Source: Macrostomum lignano | Lineage: Eukaryota | Direction: 5' to 3' | NCBI GenBank assembly: GCA_002269645.1 | Contig: NIVC01000581.1 | Coordinates: 124,001-188,000 of the forward strand | DNA: 64,000 nucleotides | Shown here: in pieces, positions 61,171-64,000 of the stretch | How the letters are laid out: each line of letters opens with the position of its first letter | How positions within the stretch are numbered: position 1 is the first letter of the stretch | The notes under the pieces: generated by a model | Told to the model about the DNA's origin: nothing | Seen by the model: only the letters and a program-made list of their open reading frames with translations | Database searches by the model: none | Position numbers and translations under genes: made by a program

Positions 61171-62784
61171 TCAGGTGTATAAGTAGGCGGAGGAGCCGTT
61201 GGCGCCTGGCTGGCGGCACAACAGCCGCATGACGCGGTCTGAGTTGGGCGGCCAGGCGGGCCGGCAGTAGCGCAGCGGCTGGCAGGCGAGCGCAGGCCGG
61301 AAGGCGGCCATGGCGGCCGGGTCAGGCGGCAGCAGCCGGTGCGGCTCGCCGTCACAGTCGGCCTCGGCCACGAAGGCAACAAAGGCGGCGGCCGGCACGC
61401 GGCGCATCTGGCAGACGCTGAGCAGCTGGGCGGGCAGGCCGGTCAGCAGGTTCGGTGGCTCCAGTTGCTGCACGGCGTCACCTGCCGCCCTGTGGGACAA
61501 TTTTGTATTGAGGCCTATTGCCTGAGTTTGTATTGAGTAACAAAGACCTGTCAATCACTCACTTGCCCTGTCCGAGCATGGCGCTGGACCGCAGGCAGCG
61601 CAGCAGGGGCCAACCAGAGAGGAGGCCGGCTCAGCCGACTGGAAGCTCGTCAGCGGCTGCGTGCCCAGCACCGCCAGATCCAGCGATTCGACGTCCAGCA
61701 CAGACAGCAGCAGCTCCACGAACTCGTGACAGTCGGCAGGAGGAACTGGGGCGGCGGCGTGGCAGACCAGCACCTGCGTGCGATGGGGAAACTGCGTCAC
61801 AGGCTGCACTGATCAGCTTCATCATCCACACCAATCAGCTCCATCACCCACACCAATCAGCTCCATCACCCACACCAATCAGCTCCATCACCCACACCAA
61901 TCAGCTCCATCACCCACACCAATCAGCTCCATCACCCACACCAATCAGCTCCATCACCCACACCAATCAGCTCCATCACCCACACCAATCAACTCCATCA
62001 CCCACACCAATCAGCTCCATCACCCACACCAATCAGCTCCATCACCCACACCAATCAGCTCCATCACCCACACCAATCAGCTTCATCACCCACACCAATC
62101 AGCTTCATCACCCACACCAATCAGCTTCATCACCCACACCAATCAGCTTCATCACCCACACCAATCAGCTTCATCACCCACACCAATCAGCTTCATCACC
62201 CACACCAATCAGCTCCATCACCCACACCAATCAGCTTCATCACCCACACCAATCAGCTTCATCACCCACACCAATCAGCATGAGTACGAGTGGTCGTTTG
62301 CGTACAGTATTGGCGCACTTTTATGTGTGTCTCAGCGCTGGTTGTGTGACATAGTGTGTCGCCAAAGGCGTTGCACCCTCCCACCAACCTGCGGGTTGCA
62401 CTTCAGCCGATACAAGAAGCAGCCAAAGTCCCCCAGCGCAGTCTGCCCCAGGCTGTTGGCCAGCCCAGCCTCCGGGAAGCCACAGCTGATGAGGCCCAGA
62501 ATCTCAGCGTCATCGCCCAGAACGCAGGCGGTTAGGAAGCCGCAGGCGGCGGGCCCGACGCCAACCAGCAGGGTGCTGCAGTCGAGGACCCGCCGGTCCC
62601 CAGCCGCCAGCTGCTGCCGAGCAGCGGGGCTGAGGCGCATCGCGCAGCTCCGGACATCGGAGGCCTTCAAACGGCCACTGTCGCCTCCTTGATCCTCGCC
62701 GCCGTCCCAGTCGGAGTCCTCGGAGTCGTCAACGGCGCGGGAGAACTCAGGCAGCCGCTTGGGAAACGGGCCGTCGGCGGCCAT
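61171..62784 (-). CDS. PSMG1: Proteasome assembly chaperone 1 (PAC1); 3 exons, one 1-nt frameshift
   Basis: Exons 62784-62389, 61773-61563 and 61489-61171. Motifs CSTLLVGVG..A.GFL, FLYRLKCNPQV.VC, PLLRCL (after adding a C at 61606-61609), LEPPNLLTGLPAQLLSVCQ, AFRP.L and C-terminal YLYT match PSMG1 as recalled. Confidence 0.85.
61810..62280. repeat. 22-bp array (CCAATCAGCTYCATCACCCACA), PSMG1 intron 1
   Basis: About 21 units. Confidence 0.95.
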
Positions 62785-63682
62785 GGAGAAGCAAGAATTT
62801 GTGGCAACTGCGGCTTGGCGAGCAAAACTGAAGCGGTTTGTTCAGTGCAACTGCCATCAGCTCTGGTGTGAGATAAAGTCAAACGAATATTAATTGTACA
62901 GCAGTCTGTAAATTAACTTTGACAGCAGTCTGTAAGCTAATTTTGACAGCAGTTTGTAAACTAATCTTTATAGCACTCAGTAATAATTTTTACTAAAATA
63001 AATATAGGTTATAATTTTTAGCATATACAAATGGAAGGATTAAACTTTTTTTAAAATAAAAACCTCCTTACATAGTTACATTGTCATTGCTTCTTTTATG
63101 ATTCATAGATGACCCATCCCCCCCCCTAGTCCATTATGCTAAGCATGTAGCAGCCTAATTAGCATTAACTTAGTATGCTAGTGTGCCAAGTATGCCAGAC
63201 AAAATGCACTAGTGCACCAGGTGTGCCAGCAGTGAGTCTAAAATCTCTTAGCTGCTGACTCCAGTATTGATATAAACATTTATATAAATTTAATCCATCC
63301 CAGTCATTTTGTCCTCTGTCCAGTGCGTGCTCCCAATGCTTGAACGATTTCTTTATGCTATTTAAACTACCGTTTTGGGCTCTATCATTTTCATGCTCTT
63401 CCATCTCCTCTGTTTTCTTCTCCTTTTATGTTAAATTTGCATTGTTTTCGATTGACTACCAAGCCTATTTAGCCCAACCGCAAAGTTTATTAATTTTAGT
63501 TTAATTTCTTTATTGTAATTTAGCACCCCGGTATAGCTGCGAACCAATCTCTGTTGACAAATTAATTACCTTAACCCACCTGCTACTCATCATCAGACAC
63601 CTAGCCTTTTTTTGCTTGAATAATAATATTAATTACCATAATAAGTATGCCAATTAATTTTTTGTTGATCATTAAGCCATAG

Positions 63683-64000
63683 CCCATCTTGAGTTATTTG
63701 CCCGTGGTCCTTGTGAATCTGGACATCGCCACAACCTATCCCACAGTCGTCAGGATGGAGCTGCCAGATAATCTAACGTTTGGTGAGTTCAAACAACGAT
63801 TGTCTGAACGTTTTACGCATGTGGCCGACACGCTGGAGTACCGGGAGCAGTTCCGAAGCTGCCAGCAAGGCAAGAACGAGAGCATTGACGACTACGGCGA
63901 TCGACTAATTGCTCGGGCCGATAGAGCATTTCCGCATTTTACCCCGGTTCAGAAGCAGGCTAAACTGGTGGATCAAATTCACTGTGGGAGTGCGAATCGC
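63683..64000 (+). mobile_element. Retrotransposon Gag-like coding fragment running off the right edge (not in the ORF track)
   Basis: Open frame LTFGEFKQRLSERF...QFRSCQQGKNESIDDYGDRL...ADRAFP...LVDQ resembles the Ty3/Gypsy gag Q..E.V..Y..RL motif. Confidence 0.7.

Overview
Eukaryotic, intron-containing animal DNA: GC-rich exons, AT-rich spacers and more than 35 minisatellite arrays (units of about 10-63 bp) covering roughly 40% of the window. The style suggests a flatworm such as Macrostomum, but that is my inference only. Most long ORFs in the supplied track are repeat artefacts. Splicing by hand (GT/AG sites, phase-checked) recovers about 12 genes. Plus strand: an AGAP-type ArfGAP, a 14-exon GABA-B-like class C GPCR and a NAT8/camello-like GNAT with an in-frame TAA. 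Minus strand: a secreted PAN-like plus Thr-rich mucin, USP16/45, a lysosomal-type acid phosphatase, and a co-oriented run of PSMG1, a C2H2 zinc-finger gene, PDCD6, PPIL2, PTPA and TMEM177. Mobile DNA includes a decayed LTR-retrotransposon pol fragment, a gag fragment at the right edge, a mariner-type MITE, a Harbinger-type MITE and a tRNA-derived CORE-like SINE. Two observations stand out. (1) The six-gene minus-strand run looks like an SL-trans-spliced operon: a 3' splice site sits just before each ATG, and the spacers are short once arrays and the MITE are collapsed. (2) Several arrays are visibly amplified from the local sequence itself, including an integrase segment (x40), a splice donor (x4), a splice acceptor (x9) and a C-terminus plus stop codon (x3). 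All coordinates are hand-derived; array boundaries are approximate.
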